A stretch of DNA of 47,892 nt from an uncultured Pseudomonadota bacterium (GCA_902785275.1 CACZYB010000008.1:1-47892), one strand, 5' to 3'; shown: positions 16,516-26,761, counted from the first letter of the stretch. Made by a program: numbers and translations. Notes: generated by a model from the sequence alone, not told the origin.

Positions 16516-16573
16516 GGTTTAAGTGTAGCATATTATTGTTGATTTTTAAACTAAAAAAATATATCATTTGGTT

Positions 16574-16864
16574 TGTGGACAGTCGGGGAACTGCTGTATA
16601 GCTTGCTATATAGAGGAAAGTCCGGACACCTCAAGGGAAAGATAGTGGGTAATGCCCATCCGGAGCAATCCGAGGATAAGAGCCACAGAGACGAGCCCAT
16701 TTAGTTGGGAGTGAAACGCGGCAATCTCTATCTGGTGCAAGACTAAATAAGAAGGTGTTGATTACTCTTGGGAGCCTTCGGGTAAGTTGCAAGGAAATAT
16801 GCAGTAATGTATATTCAAGATGAATAGTTCTCTATTACAGAATCCGGCTTATAGATTGTCCACA
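16574..16864 (+). ncRNA. rnpB: RNase P RNA (compact, ~291 nt)
   Basis: GAGGAAAGTCC and ACAGAATCCGGCTTA P4 halves; P1 tgtggacagtc/gattgtccaca; GCCACAGA and GTGAAAC motifs. Confidence 0.95.
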
Positions 16865-16883
16865 TTTTTTTAAAGGTGATATT

Positions 16884-17543
16884 ATGGTTTCAACAGCAAA
16901 CAGAATAAAAGTTAAAGTTAAAACTGCAAAGTATAGAAAAAAATCTTCTACTCGTTGGCTTCAACGCCAGCTTAATGACCCTTTTGTTAAGAAGGCACAC
17001 GAGATGGGGTATCGTTCCCGTGCGACATTTAAGATTATGGAAATTGATGATAAATTCCATATTTTTAAAATGGGAAAGAAGGTTGTGGATATTGGTTCGG
17101 CTCCTGGTGGATGGAGTGATGTTGCTGTAAAGCGTGTTGGTAAGGGTAATGTCGTTGCTATTGATATTTTGGATATGAAACCTATTGATGGTGTTCATTT
17201 TAAACAAATAGATTTTAATAAGGATGAAGCAAAGGAGTTTTTGATGTCGGCGTTAAATGGAAAGGCTGATGTTGTGATTTCTGATATCGCACCGAATACT
17301 ACGGGAAATGCTACACTTGATCATTTGCAAATTATGGCATTGGTGGAGCAGGGGTTTTATTTTGCAGTGGAGGTTTTGCGTGAAGGTGGTGCTTTTGTTG
17401 CAAAGGTTAGACAGGGTGGTACAGAATCGTCTTTGCTTTTGGAAATGAAGAAAAAATTTACTTCTGTAAAACATTTTAAACCAGAATCCTCAAGAAAGGA
17501 AAGTGCAGAAACATATGTTGTTGCACAAGGGTTTAAGGAATAA
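16884..17543 (+). CDS. rlmE: 23S rRNA Um2552 methyltransferase RlmE/FtsJ
   Basis: WLQRQLNDP, GYRSRATFK, DIGSAPGGWS, SDIAPN, KPESSRKES. Confidence 0.96.
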   Translation: MVSTANRIKVKVKTAKYRKKSSTRWLQRQLNDPFVKKAHEMGYRSRATFKIMEIDDKFHIFKMGKKVVDIGSAPGGWSDVAVKRVGKGNVVAIDILDMKPIDGVHFKQIDFNKDEAKEFLMSALNGKADVVISDIAPNTTGNATLDHLQIMALVEQGFYFAVEVLREGGAFVAKVRQGGTESSLLLEMKKKFTSVKHFKPESSRKESAETYVVAQGFKE

Positions 17544-17563
17544 AAGATATAAAAATAAAAATT

Positions 17564-17600
17564 AAAAATTCCCGCATATTATTTTTGTGGGATTTTTTTT
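17564..17600 (+). terminator. Intrinsic terminator after rlmE
   Basis: tcccgca...tgtggga followed by long T run. Confidence 0.7.
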
Positions 17601-17639
17601 ATTAATTTTTATGGTTTGATTTATATATTTTGGATTTAT

Positions 17640-17678
17640 AAAAAAATAAAACGCCACGAAAAAGAATCGTAGCGTTTC
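17640..17678 (-). terminator. Intrinsic terminator of the nrdD operon
   Basis: Minus strand aaacgctacga-loop-tcgtggcgttt followed by T run. Confidence 0.7.
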
Positions 17679-17704
17679 GAAACTTTTTATTTTTCAAAAC
17701 TTGG

Positions 17705-17905
17705 TTATGCAACCTTTGTTTCACAACAACATGAAAGGGATTGCATAGAGGAAATAGCTTTTTCTTCTGTGAAATACTTTCTTTCATAGAATTCGGATTT
17801 TTTACCTTTGTTGAAATTTGATACAGGACGACAGTAACCCATAGCACGTGTCCAAACTTCACATTTAGTTCTTAGTGAATTATCTATTGTTTCGAATGTT
17901 TTCAT
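17705..17905 (-). CDS. nrdD: Standalone glycyl-radical domain of class III ribonucleotide reductase
   Basis: CEVWTRAMGYCRPVSNFNKGKKSEF (RxxGY glycyl radical motif); own GGAGG RBS. Confidence 0.9.
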   Translation of the reverse strand: MKTFETIDNSLRTKCEVWTRAMGYCRPVSNFNKGKKSEFYERKYFTEEKAISSMQSLSCCCETKVA

Positions 17906-17964
17906 TTTTATTTCCTCCCTTGTTTTTTATTTTACCCTTTTTTGTGTTTTTTTTCAATCAAAAA

Positions 17965-20019
17965 CTAAAACTTTTTTTCAGATTTTGATATTATCTCCTC
18001 GTCGCATATTGGACAATATTCGTGTTCACCCGCAATGTATCCGTGTTTTGGACAGATTGAGAATGTTGGAGTTATTGTTATATATGGAACGCGATAGTTT
18101 TCAAATACACGTTTGATTATGTTCTTACAGTTATTGATGTCAGAGATTCTTTCTGCCATGTATAAGTGAAGAACTGTACCACCGGTGTATTTTGTTTGCA
18201 AATCATCCTGCATATCAAGAACTTCGAATGGATCATCAGTATAGCTAACTGGAATTTGAGTCGAGTTAGTATAGTAAGGAGCATCCTTTGTTCCTGCTTG
18301 AATGATGCCTGCAAAGTGTTTTGCATCTTCCTTTGCAAATCTGTATGTTGTACCTTCGGCAGGTGTTGCTTCTAGGTTATAAAGATTTCCTGTTTCTTCT
18401 TGGAATTCAACCATTTTATTTCTTATGTGTTCAAGAAGATCAGATGCAATTTTGTGTCCACGTGGATCGGTTATATCAAATTCGTCATTTGAGAAGTTAC
18501 GAATCATTTCGTTTACACCGTTTACACCGATTGTCGCAAAGTGGTTACGAAGTGAACCGAGCCATCTTTTTGTGTATGGGAATAAACCACCATCCATAAG
18601 TTTTTGAATTGTTTTTCTTTTGATTTCAAGACTTGTTTTTGCAAGTTCCATAAGGTGATCAAGTCTGTAATACAAACCTTCCATATTACCCTTATAATTA
18701 TAACCAAGTCTTGCACAGTTGATTGTTACAACGCCGATAGAACCAGTTTGTTCCGCAGAACCGAAAAGTCCGTTTCCTCGTTTCAAAAGTTCACGTACAT
18801 CAAGACGAAGACGGCAACACATTGAACGAACATCAGTTGGTTTCAAATCTGAATTCATAAAGTTTTGGAAGTATGGAAGACCATATTTTGCAGTCATTTC
18901 AAAAAGAAGATCTGCATTTTCACCTTCCCAGATGAAATCATTTGTAATGTTGTATGTTGGAATTGGGAATGTGAATGGACGACCCTTTGCATCACCATCT
19001 GTCATTACTTCGATGTATGCTTTGTTAATCATATCCATTTCTTTTTGTAAATCGCCGTATGTGAAGTCAACTTCTTTACCACCGATTTTTGGATGTTGTG
19101 GCGCCAAATCCTTTGGACATACCCAATCGAATGTGAAGTTTGTGAATGGAGTTTGTGTACCCCAACGGCTTGGAACGTTAAGGTTATAGATAAGTTCCTG
19201 AATTTTTTGTTTTACCTGTTCATAATCAAGGTTATCAAGTCTTACGAATGGAGCAAGGTATGTATCAACAGATGAGAAAGCCTGTGCGCCAGCCCATTCG
19301 TTTTGAAGGGTACCCATAAAGTTTACCATTTGACCAACTGCAGAAGACAAGTGTCTTGGTGCGATAGATTCAATATGACCAGGAACGCCGTTGAAACCTT
19401 CTTCTAATAATGCACGAAGTGACCAACCTGCACAGTATCCTGAAAGCATACTTAAATCATGAATGTGAAAATCACCGTTTCTGTGTGCTTCACCAATTTC
19501 TTTTGGATATATGTATGAAAGCCAATAGTTTGCAACAACTTTACCAGATATATTAAGAATCATACCACCCAAAGAGTAACCTTGGTTTGCATTCTCGTTT
19601 ACACGCCAGTCAAGTTGATCAAGGTATTCTGTGATTGATTTTTCAACATCGATTTTGATTTTTCCAGCATCACGGTTTTGTGCACGTTTTTCACGATATA
19701 AAATGTATGCCTTTGCTGTTTCATAGTAGTTTGAATCGATTAAAGCTTGTTCGATAACATCTTGGATTTTTTCGATGAATACGGTTTCATTACCACTGTA
19801 TTTATGATTTAAAAATTTTGCGACTGTGTTGGTTAATCTTAAAAGTTCTTCTTCTGAAAATGGAGTTGTAGCTTCTCCAGCAAGTTTTATGGCGTTTGAT
19901 ATCTTTTCAATATCGAAGTCAACGACTTCACCATCTCTTTTTACTATTTTTGTTATATTAAGTTTGCTTACTGGGTTCATTGATACGATGTTTGTATCTT
20001 TTGAATTGTCGATAGCCAC
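17965..20019 (-). CDS. nrdD: Anaerobic ribonucleoside-triphosphate reductase with ATP cone, lacking the C-terminal glycyl radical domain
   Basis: IVKRDG ATP cone, HIHDL, FTFPIPT, RSMCCRL, EATPAE, YTNS, YTGG, CPKHG..CPIC. Confidence 0.95.
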   Translation of the reverse strand: MAIDNSKDTNIVSMNPVSKLNITKIVKRDGEVVDFDIEKISNAIKLAGEATTPFSEEELLRLTNTVAKFLNHKYSGNETVFIEKIQDVIEQALIDSNYYETAKAYILYREKRAQNRDAGKIKIDVEKSITEYLDQLDWRVNENANQGYSLGGMILNISGKVVANYWLSYIYPKEIGEAHRNGDFHIHDLSMLSGYCAGWSLRALLEEGFNGVPGHIESIAPRHLSSAVGQMVNFMGTLQNEWAGAQAFSSVDTYLAPFVRLDNLDYEQVKQKIQELIYNLNVPSRWGTQTPFTNFTFDWVCPKDLAPQHPKIGGKEVDFTYGDLQKEMDMINKAYIEVMTDGDAKGRPFTFPIPTYNITNDFIWEGENADLLFEMTAKYGLPYFQNFMNSDLKPTDVRSMCCRLRLDVRELLKRGNGLFGSAEQTGSIGVVTINCARLGYNYKGNMEGLYYRLDHLMELAKTSLEIKRKTIQKLMDGGLFPYTKRWLGSLRNHFATIGVNGVNEMIRNFSNDEFDITDPRGHKIASDLLEHIRNKMVEFQEETGNLYNLEATPAEGTTYRFAKEDAKHFAGIIQAGTKDAPYYTNSTQIPVSYTDDPFEVLDMQDDLQTKYTGGTVLHLYMAERISDINNCKNIIKRVFENYRVPYITITPTFSICPKHGYIAGEHEYCPICDEEIISKSEKKF

Positions 20020-20110
20020 TTTCTCCTCCTTTTTTTATTTGTGTCCTTTGTAAGAAAGAATCCATAAACTCCTTACTAAGTGTTTGTTTTTTTAACCTTT
20101 CTCCTTATGT

Positions 20111-20157
20111 CTACAATATATAGTATTTAAATGGTAAAAGCAAACTATATTTTGTAG
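20111..20157. promoter_or_regulatory. Tandem NrdR boxes
   Basis: ctACAATATATAGTat (20111-20126) and aaACTATATTTTGTag (20142-20157), 31 bp apart, upstream of nrdD. Confidence 0.85.
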
Positions 20158-20269
20158 TTTTTTATAAATAAAATTCTTGACTAAGGAAAAATACAGAAAA
20201 ATCTACAATTTAAGATTTTTTTGTGATATAATAGTTTTGAAAATTAATAAAATATGGGAGAAAACTGCG

Positions 20270-21061
20270 ATGTCTGTGCTATATTCTGTAATGGGAGTGA
20301 TTTGCTTTTTATGTGTGTTTTGGGGTTTTTGGGGTAGTCATTATTTTCTTTCAAGCTACGGTTTTGGGGGAGTCGCAGAAGTTTTACCGAGTGATATGTC
20401 GTATGTGTTGTTTGCAGTAGGACTTCCTATCTTAATATTACTTATGATTGCTTTGGTTATTTATGTTGTGGTTTCTATGAACCAGACAAAACAGATTATT
20501 GCCAGTCTTTTACAGATTTCAAGATCAGAAATGTCTGGTATACAGACTGTTGGTAAGTCATTGATTGAAGTAAGAAAATTAGGTTTTTCAAATCAATTTT
20601 TTATTAATTTCCCTGTTATTTTGAATGATATGAGTCAGTTTATTGCGAATATTATTACAAAGGCGGGAATCGCATCGGATGTTGTTGTTTATGATGCTCT
20701 TTCTAAGACTGGGGATAGCAGACTTTATGCTGTTTGCCGAATAATTTTAGATAAAAGAGAATCTACACCTCATTTTGATGAAAGTTTGCGTCGTCTTCTT
20801 AAAAGGGATGAGTCTTTGGCTGGAATTATTTCAATATTTTCAGATAAATACGATAAATTGTTAAGAGTTGTTGGAAAATATGACTTGGACGGTTTTGTTT
20901 CTTCTATAATAGAGGAAGGTGAGCTTGGAAAAGTTAGAAATGTTCTTCTTAACGCACTTAATTTAAAAGATGAATCTGGTCGTCATGCAAATGTTTTTGA
21001 TTCAATTAGCGAATCTTCGATAAGTGTGGATAAATTAGATATTTTTTCAGGGGATAAATAA
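20270..21061 (+). CDS. Hypothetical membrane protein (two N-terminal TM helices)
   Basis: ATG 20270 with GGGAG RBS; two hydrophobic segments then soluble domain. Confidence 0.7.
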   Translation: MSVLYSVMGVICFLCVFWGFWGSHYFLSSYGFGGVAEVLPSDMSYVLFAVGLPILILLMIALVIYVVVSMNQTKQIIASLLQISRSEMSGIQTVGKSLIEVRKLGFSNQFFINFPVILNDMSQFIANIITKAGIASDVVVYDALSKTGDSRLYAVCRIILDKRESTPHFDESLRRLLKRDESLAGIISIFSDKYDKLLRVVGKYDLDGFVSSIIEEGELGKVRNVLLNALNLKDESGRHANVFDSISESSISVDKLDIFSGDK

Positions 21062-21135
21062 CTTTTTTAAGTTGAAATTATCTTTACTTTGTATTACTCT
21101 TGCATCTTATAGACAATATAGAGATTAGCTTTGAA

Positions 21136-22557
21136 ATGACTAGTGAAGATAAAATAAAAAATATTGCCGATAATGGAATCGAATATAAGGCTGGATTTGA
21201 CCCTGAAATCCCTTTGGATGTTATTGAAAAAAAAGGTGTTTCTGAGGATGTCATTCGGTATATCAGTAAGAAAAATGGCGAATCCGAGGATATTTTGAAT
21301 TTTAGGTTGGATGCTTATCATAAATGGTTGAAAATGAAGGAGCCTCATTGGGCGGTTTTTGATTATAATCCAATAAATTATGATGATATTTACTTTTTTG
21401 CGAAGCCAAAATCTGGAAAAATTGTTGATGATAAAATTGATGCTACTTATGAGAGGCTTGGTGTCCCATTAAAGGAACAACAGATTTTGAAGGGGCAGGC
21501 AGTTGATGCGGTAGTTGATAGTGTTTCTGTTAGAACAACCTATGGTAAAAAGCTTTTGGATATGGGAATTATATTTTGTCCTATTTCGGTTGCTCTTCAG
21601 AAATATCCAGATTTGGTAAAGAAGTTTTTGGCACATGTTGTGCCACCGGAAGATAACTTTTTCGCATGTCTTAATGCAGCGGTGTTTTCTGATGGAACAT
21701 TTGTTTATATTCCACCAAAGGTAAAATGTCCTATTGAACTTAGCTCTTATTTCAGGCTTCAAACTGAAAAATTGGGGCAATTTGAACGTACTTTGATTGT
21801 TGCGGATGAAGGAAGTGAAGTTTCTTATTTAGAGGGATGTTCGGCACCTATTCGTGATGAAAATCAACTTCATTCTGGAGTTGTGGAGCTTGTCGCATGC
21901 AAGGGGGCAAAGATTAAGTATTCTACTGTACAGAACTGGTATGCTGGCGATGAAAATGGTAAGGGTGGAATTTTAAATTTTGTTACAAAGCGAGGTGTTT
22001 GTTTCGATGATGCAACAATTTCTTGGACCCAGTTAGAAGTTGGTTCTGTTAAAACATGGAAATATCCATCCTGTATTTTAAAAGGTGATAGAAGTAAAGG
22101 CGAATTTTTTTCGGTTGCACTTACAAACAATATGCAGACTGCAGATACCGGAACGAAGATGATTCATATTGGTCGTGATACAACAAGTACTATTATAACA
22201 AAGGGTATTGCTCTGGGAAAATCTGTTAATGGATATAGGGGTATGGTGAAGTTTGCACCTGCTGCGGAAAATGCAAGAAATTTTACAAAGTGTGATACTT
22301 TGGTTGTCGGTGATAATTCAAAGGCTTTGGCTTTGCCTGACATTATTAACGCGAATATGTCGTCTGTGGTTGAGCATGAGGCTTCGGTTTCATCGGTTAG
22401 TGAGGAACAACTTTTCTTTATGATGCAAAGAGGTATTGATGAAGATAAAGCTTTGGGGCTTATTGTTAATGGTTTTTGTTCAGATATTATAAAAAAGTTG
22501 CCTGCGGAATTTGCGGTTGAGGCAAAAGAATTAATTAATATTAGTATAGAGGGTTAA
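21136..22557 (+). CDS. sufB: Fe-S cluster assembly protein SufB
   Basis: DSVSV, GQFERTLI, YLEGCSAP, TWKYPS, ADTGTKM; start probably ATG 21136. Confidence 0.96.
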   Translation: MTSEDKIKNIADNGIEYKAGFDPEIPLDVIEKKGVSEDVIRYISKKNGESEDILNFRLDAYHKWLKMKEPHWAVFDYNPINYDDIYFFAKPKSGKIVDDKIDATYERLGVPLKEQQILKGQAVDAVVDSVSVRTTYGKKLLDMGIIFCPISVALQKYPDLVKKFLAHVVPPEDNFFACLNAAVFSDGTFVYIPPKVKCPIELSSYFRLQTEKLGQFERTLIVADEGSEVSYLEGCSAPIRDENQLHSGVVELVACKGAKIKYSTVQNWYAGDENGKGGILNFVTKRGVCFDDATISWTQLEVGSVKTWKYPSCILKGDRSKGEFFSVALTNNMQTADTGTKMIHIGRDTTSTIITKGIALGKSVNGYRGMVKFAPAAENARNFTKCDTLVVGDNSKALALPDIINANMSSVVEHEASVSSVSEEQLFFMMQRGIDEDKALGLIVNGFCSDIIKKLPAEFAVEAKELINISIEG

Positions 22558-22558
22558 A

Positions 22559-23299
22559 ATGTTAGAAATAAAAAATTTGAAAGTTAGTGTTGATGAAAAG
22601 CAAATTTTAAATGGTGTAAATTTGTCGGTTGGCCCTTCGGAAACACATATCCTTATGGGAAAAAATGGAAGTGGTAAAAGCTCTCTTTTAAGTACTATTG
22701 TAAAAAATCCAAAGTATAAAATTGATGGTGGTGATATTTGCTTTTGTGGGGAAAGTATTGCTGAAAAATCTGTTTGTGATGTTGCAAGGGCAGGTATATT
22801 TTTAAGCTTTCAAAATGCACCGGCAATTTCGGGGCTTTCTATTTCTATGCTTCTTAAAAACTCGGTTAATAGTGTAAGAAAAGCACGTGGCGAACAGGTT
22901 TTGACTGCACCTGAATATTTTAAATTGGCACAGGAATATTGTAACCTTTTGGAAATACCAAATGATTGGTTGAAACGTCAGGTTAATTTGGGGTTTAGTG
23001 GTGGCGAAAAAAAGAAAATAAGTATGCTTGAAATGCTATTTTTAAAACCAAAGTTAGCTTTGCTTGATGAACCAGATAGTGGTGTTGATGTTGATGCGGT
23101 TAATATTATTGCAAAGGCAATTGATTATCTTAAACCATTTGGAACTTCGTTTTTAATTGTTTCTCACTATGAAAAACTTATATCTTTATCCAAACCAAAT
23201 TTTGTGCATATTATGCAGGATGGAAAAATTGTTGAAAGTGGTGATGTTACATTGGCTCAAAAAATTTTGAAAAATGGATTTGGCGATGATGAAAAGTAA
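22559..23299 (+). CDS. sufC: Fe-S cluster assembly ATPase SufC
   Basis: GKNGSGKS, GFSGGEKK, LDEPDSGVD. Confidence 0.95.
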   Translation: MLEIKNLKVSVDEKQILNGVNLSVGPSETHILMGKNGSGKSSLLSTIVKNPKYKIDGGDICFCGESIAEKSVCDVARAGIFLSFQNAPAISGLSISMLLKNSVNSVRKARGEQVLTAPEYFKLAQEYCNLLEIPNDWLKRQVNLGFSGGEKKKISMLEMLFLKPKLALLDEPDSGVDVDAVNIIAKAIDYLKPFGTSFLIVSHYEKLISLSKPNFVHIMQDGKIVESGDVTLAQKILKNGFGDDEK

Positions 23300-24563
23300 T
23301 TTTTCCATGATTGAAGAAAAAGAACGTATCCCTTTTGCACAAGGGTATAGTTTGACTGCAAAACCAAATATGCCAGAGTGGTTTTTGAAGTTTAGAAGGG
23401 CTGGATTTGAAACTTATTTAAAGGAATATGGTTCCATAGATAGTACCGTTAGAAATTTTATTTCTGGTGGAAATTTTGAATCTATTGCTGTTGAACTTTG
23501 TCCTTCGTTGGATATGCTTTTGAAATATAAAATGCTTGATATAGAGGCGTATACAATAGTCCTTTTGAATGGAAGGTACTGTCCGGAACTTTCGTACGAA
23601 GATGATCTTCCATTTTCTGTATTTTCTGATGGGTTGGGCCTTTCGTTATCCGATGATGAAAATTTTTTGAATGGTAAATTAAAGTGTGATAATAATCCTT
23701 TGGTTGCACTTAATTCTGCTTATCTTTCGAATGGTGTTGTTATCGAAGTAGAAGATGGAACAAAGCTTTTGAAACCAATACATGTTATATCTATTGTGTG
23801 TTGTGATGATGAAAAGTTATTTTTAAATCCTCGTGTTTTCGTGAATGTTGGTGCTGATGCTTCTGTGGATATTATCGAATCGAATCTTTCTTTTGAAGAA
23901 AAGTATTTCGAAAACAAAGTGGTGCAATTTAGTGTTGGAAAAAATTCTGTTGTTAATCATTATTCATATTATAATGTTTCGAAAGATTCTTTGATGACGG
24001 AAAATGACTTTTTTGAATTTGCTGATTACTCTGTATTTAATCAAATTTCATTTGTTAAGAATTCGGGGATTTTGAATAAGGTTTATGATTTTTCTGTTAA
24101 TGAAGGGGGAAAGCTTAATTCATCCGTTTCTGTGGATTCAAGTGATAAAAATATTGTCGATGTAAGTGCAGTGATTAGGCATTTAAAAAGTCAGGGTGAA
24201 AGTGATGTTTCGTTGTTTGCTGTTGCCGAAGACGAGGCGGATATTAGGTTTAAAACTTCGGTTGAATGTGCGAAAAATATTTTTGATGTGAATACGAATC
24301 AGATTTCTCGAATCTTGCTTAATTCTGTTAATGCAAGGGGGCGAATTAAACCATTGCAAAATATTGCGTCCGAAAAGGTGAAGGCATATCATGGTGCGGT
24401 TGTAAGTGGCGTTAATCCAAAGGATTTATTCTTTTTACAGAGCAGGGGACTTGATGAAAAAAGTGCAAAGACTTTGGTGTTGAAATCTTGTTTGGCTAAT
24501 ATTTTACAAAATATTCATAATGAAAAAATTTATGATGCATTTTATAATTTAATTTGGTTATAA
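23286..24563 (+). CDS. sufD: SufD-family Fe-S assembly protein
   Basis: ALNSAY, VKAYHGAVV, LFFLQSRGL; follows sufBC. Confidence 0.85.
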   Translation: MMKSNFSMIEEKERIPFAQGYSLTAKPNMPEWFLKFRRAGFETYLKEYGSIDSTVRNFISGGNFESIAVELCPSLDMLLKYKMLDIEAYTIVLLNGRYCPELSYEDDLPFSVFSDGLGLSLSDDENFLNGKLKCDNNPLVALNSAYLSNGVVIEVEDGTKLLKPIHVISIVCCDDEKLFLNPRVFVNVGADASVDIIESNLSFEEKYFENKVVQFSVGKNSVVNHYSYYNVSKDSLMTENDFFEFADYSVFNQISFVKNSGILNKVYDFSVNEGGKLNSSVSVDSSDKNIVDVSAVIRHLKSQGESDVSLFAVAEDEADIRFKTSVECAKNIFDVNTNQISRILLNSVNARGRIKPLQNIASEKVKAYHGAVVSGVNPKDLFFLQSRGLDEKSAKTLVLKSCLANILQNIHNEKIYDAFYNLIWL

Positions 24564-24590
24564 TGGTTATAGATAAAAAAGGAGGTTACT

Positions 24591-25217
24591 ATGAAAAAAT
24601 TTTTATCATTTTTATTTGTATTTTTGGGGCTTTCTATGTCTGCTTTTGCATCGGAAACTGATGATGTAAAGGTTTATACACAAAAGCTTATCGATGATGC
24701 GATTGTAAGTATTTTTAAAACTGGGGTTGCGTCAAATGAACGTGTTGTTCCATTCAGAAAAGTTTTGAATGATAATTTTGATTTTCCTTATATCTCTAAA
24801 TTTGTTCTTGGGGTTTATGGACGTGGGGCAAGTGATGCCGAAATTCAAGATTTTTCAAAACAATTTTCCGAACTTAATGTTTACAGTTATGTAAAAAAGT
24901 TCGAATCATATACAGATTCAAAGATTGATGTGATTGATGTTCAAAAGGGTAAGAAAGAAGGTCAATATTTTGTTGCAAGTAAGGTTCGTGCAATGACAAG
25001 TGGTGACAAGGATTACAGTGTTGATTGGCGAATCGTAAAAGATGGAGATAAATACAAGGTTATTGATGTTATTATTGAGGGAGTATCTATGGTTATGAGT
25101 TATAAAAACGAATATGCTCCTATTTTAAAAACAGCATCTGATGAAGGAAAAAATCCAGTTAAAGTTTTGACCGAAAAGATTGAAGATAAGGTTATAAAAT
25201 TGAAATTGGCAAAGTAA
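24591..25217 (+). CDS. mlaC: MlaC/Ttg2D phospholipid-binding periplasmic protein
   Basis: Signal peptide, FDFPYISKFVLG, VDWRI, VIDVIIEGVSM. Confidence 0.88.
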   Translation: MKKFLSFLFVFLGLSMSAFASETDDVKVYTQKLIDDAIVSIFKTGVASNERVVPFRKVLNDNFDFPYISKFVLGVYGRGASDAEIQDFSKQFSELNVYSYVKKFESYTDSKIDVIDVQKGKKEGQYFVASKVRAMTSGDKDYSVDWRIVKDGDKYKVIDVIIEGVSMVMSYKNEYAPILKTASDEGKNPVKVLTEKIEDKVIKLKLAK

Positions 25218-25239
25218 AAATTTTATATTATTAAATAAT

Positions 25240-25271
25240 AATACCTGTAGTTATCTGCGGGTATTTTTTTT
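25240..25271 (+). terminator. Intrinsic terminator
   Basis: aatacctgtag...ctgcgggtatt followed by T run. Confidence 0.7.
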
Positions 25272-25450
25272 ATTATGTATTAAAAACAAGTAGTTTTTTG
25301 TTATCCTGTGTTTGATACTGAAATTTAGGTAAAATATTGAATCCTTATTATCTTATCCATAGTGTTTTGCTACTCAGATTATGGAAAAATATATATTTCA
25401 AAGTTAAACCTAAGTATAATAGGAAAGAAAGTTTAATAAAGAATTTTTCC

Positions 25451-26752
25451 TTAGAACATATATTTAAGTTTGATACCGTATTGTCTGAAATTCATATCGC
25501 CGGATGAAACACGACGTTCGGTCAAGGTTTGAATACCTTCCTCAGTTTCTGCATCAGAGGTACAAAGTGTGTATGCAGCATCAGGATCGTATGTACCATT
25601 GAAACCATCACCACATGGGTTTTCACCAGGATCTGTATTTGTATCTAAAACTTCTTCGTTATCAACAATATAGAATTCTGTTGTATCAACATCGTATGTT
25701 GAAAGTACTGTACCTGAAGTTTTTACCTTTCCATAATTATTTATTTTATAGAAGATATCGATTGAAAGGTTGCCCTCTAATTCAATAGAGAAGCCAAGTT
25801 CTGCACCTACGGCAAATGAACGGGTTGTTGCACCGATAAAGTTTAATTCTCCGTTAGAGTATTCTTCAGCAGTGTAAATATCTAATGGTTTAAGTTCGCC
25901 AAGAGCTTCATCATCATCAGCCTCTGGAATTTCATCACCGTCGGTATAACCTTCATCATCGTTTACGATATAATCCTTTATTGTGTTTTGAGCGATACCG
26001 ATTTGGAAACCAATGTATGGTTTTAATCTGCCAAGTATTGTACCGAATAAGTTTTCAAGGTTGTATTTGAAACCAAGACCAATGAAGTTGGAATCGATTT
26101 GACCACCTTCGGTAACTTCGTATGTGCTATCATCAATAACGCTAGTTTCTTCGGTTTCTATGTTTCCTTTATCGTCTTCAATAGGATCACCGTTTTCATC
26201 AAGTTTTTCTTGTTCTTCGGTACTGTTGAACTTTACCCAATCGCCGAATTTCATTTTGTTATATTTGGAGTACATAAATTCAACACTTAATGTATTTGAC
26301 ATAACACGACCAACACCAAGTGTTAAGCCACTTGCGGTTCCCATACTGTCGTTTGCATCGGCCTCACCACTGTTTACTTCGCCGTGTTCAAGGTTTATAC
26401 CACCTGTTGTTTTACCAGTTGAGTATGCTGCAAACATATAAAGTCCGTTATCAGAGAAAAGACCATCATCCTTTTTCTTTTGACCATAGAAGTATGTGCT
26501 TTTGTTTTTACCATATAGAGGAATCTCACTTACCCTGTTCATTGGTTTTGCGTATACAGAATTTATTTGTGGTGCAACGTAAAGTGTGCGTTGTTGATTT
26601 GGGTTTACGATTTGTGTGTTTTGTCCCATATATTGTTGTGAACCAACGTAACGCATACCAACAGGATTTACCCTTTGAGCAGATACAGGAGATGTATACA
26701 ATCCGAAAATTGTAGCGATAGATAAGGATATGTTTTTAAAACTTTTTTTCAT
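25451..26752 (-). CDS. Outer-membrane beta-barrel protein (opacity/OmpA-like) with large acidic loops
   Basis: Signal peptide, KPYIGFQIG, C-terminal YGIKLKYMF. Confidence 0.8.
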   Translation of the reverse strand: MKKSFKNISLSIATIFGLYTSPVSAQRVNPVGMRYVGSQQYMGQNTQIVNPNQQRTLYVAPQINSVYAKPMNRVSEIPLYGKNKSTYFYGQKKKDDGLFSDNGLYMFAAYSTGKTTGGINLEHGEVNSGEADANDSMGTASGLTLGVGRVMSNTLSVEFMYSKYNKMKFGDWVKFNSTEEQEKLDENGDPIEDDKGNIETEETSVIDDSTYEVTEGGQIDSNFIGLGFKYNLENLFGTILGRLKPYIGFQIGIAQNTIKDYIVNDDEGYTDGDEIPEADDDEALGELKPLDIYTAEEYSNGELNFIGATTRSFAVGAELGFSIELEGNLSIDIFYKINNYGKVKTSGTVLSTYDVDTTEFYIVDNEEVLDTNTDPGENPCGDGFNGTYDPDAAYTLCTSDAETEEGIQTLTERRVSSGDMNFRQYGIKLKYMF

Positions 26753-26761
26753 TTTTTATGC

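Noticed and set aside
18117-19275. Many short ORFs overlapping nrdD (and similar ones over xerC, ligA, obgE, the OMPs, rplY)
   Set aside because: Antisense or alternate-frame shadows of well-supported genes, with no motifs or RBS.
25298-25330. Possible degenerate REP/palindromic element (ttatcctgtgtttgatactgaaatttagg)
   Set aside because: Single copy with a poor palindrome; cannot be supported from this window.
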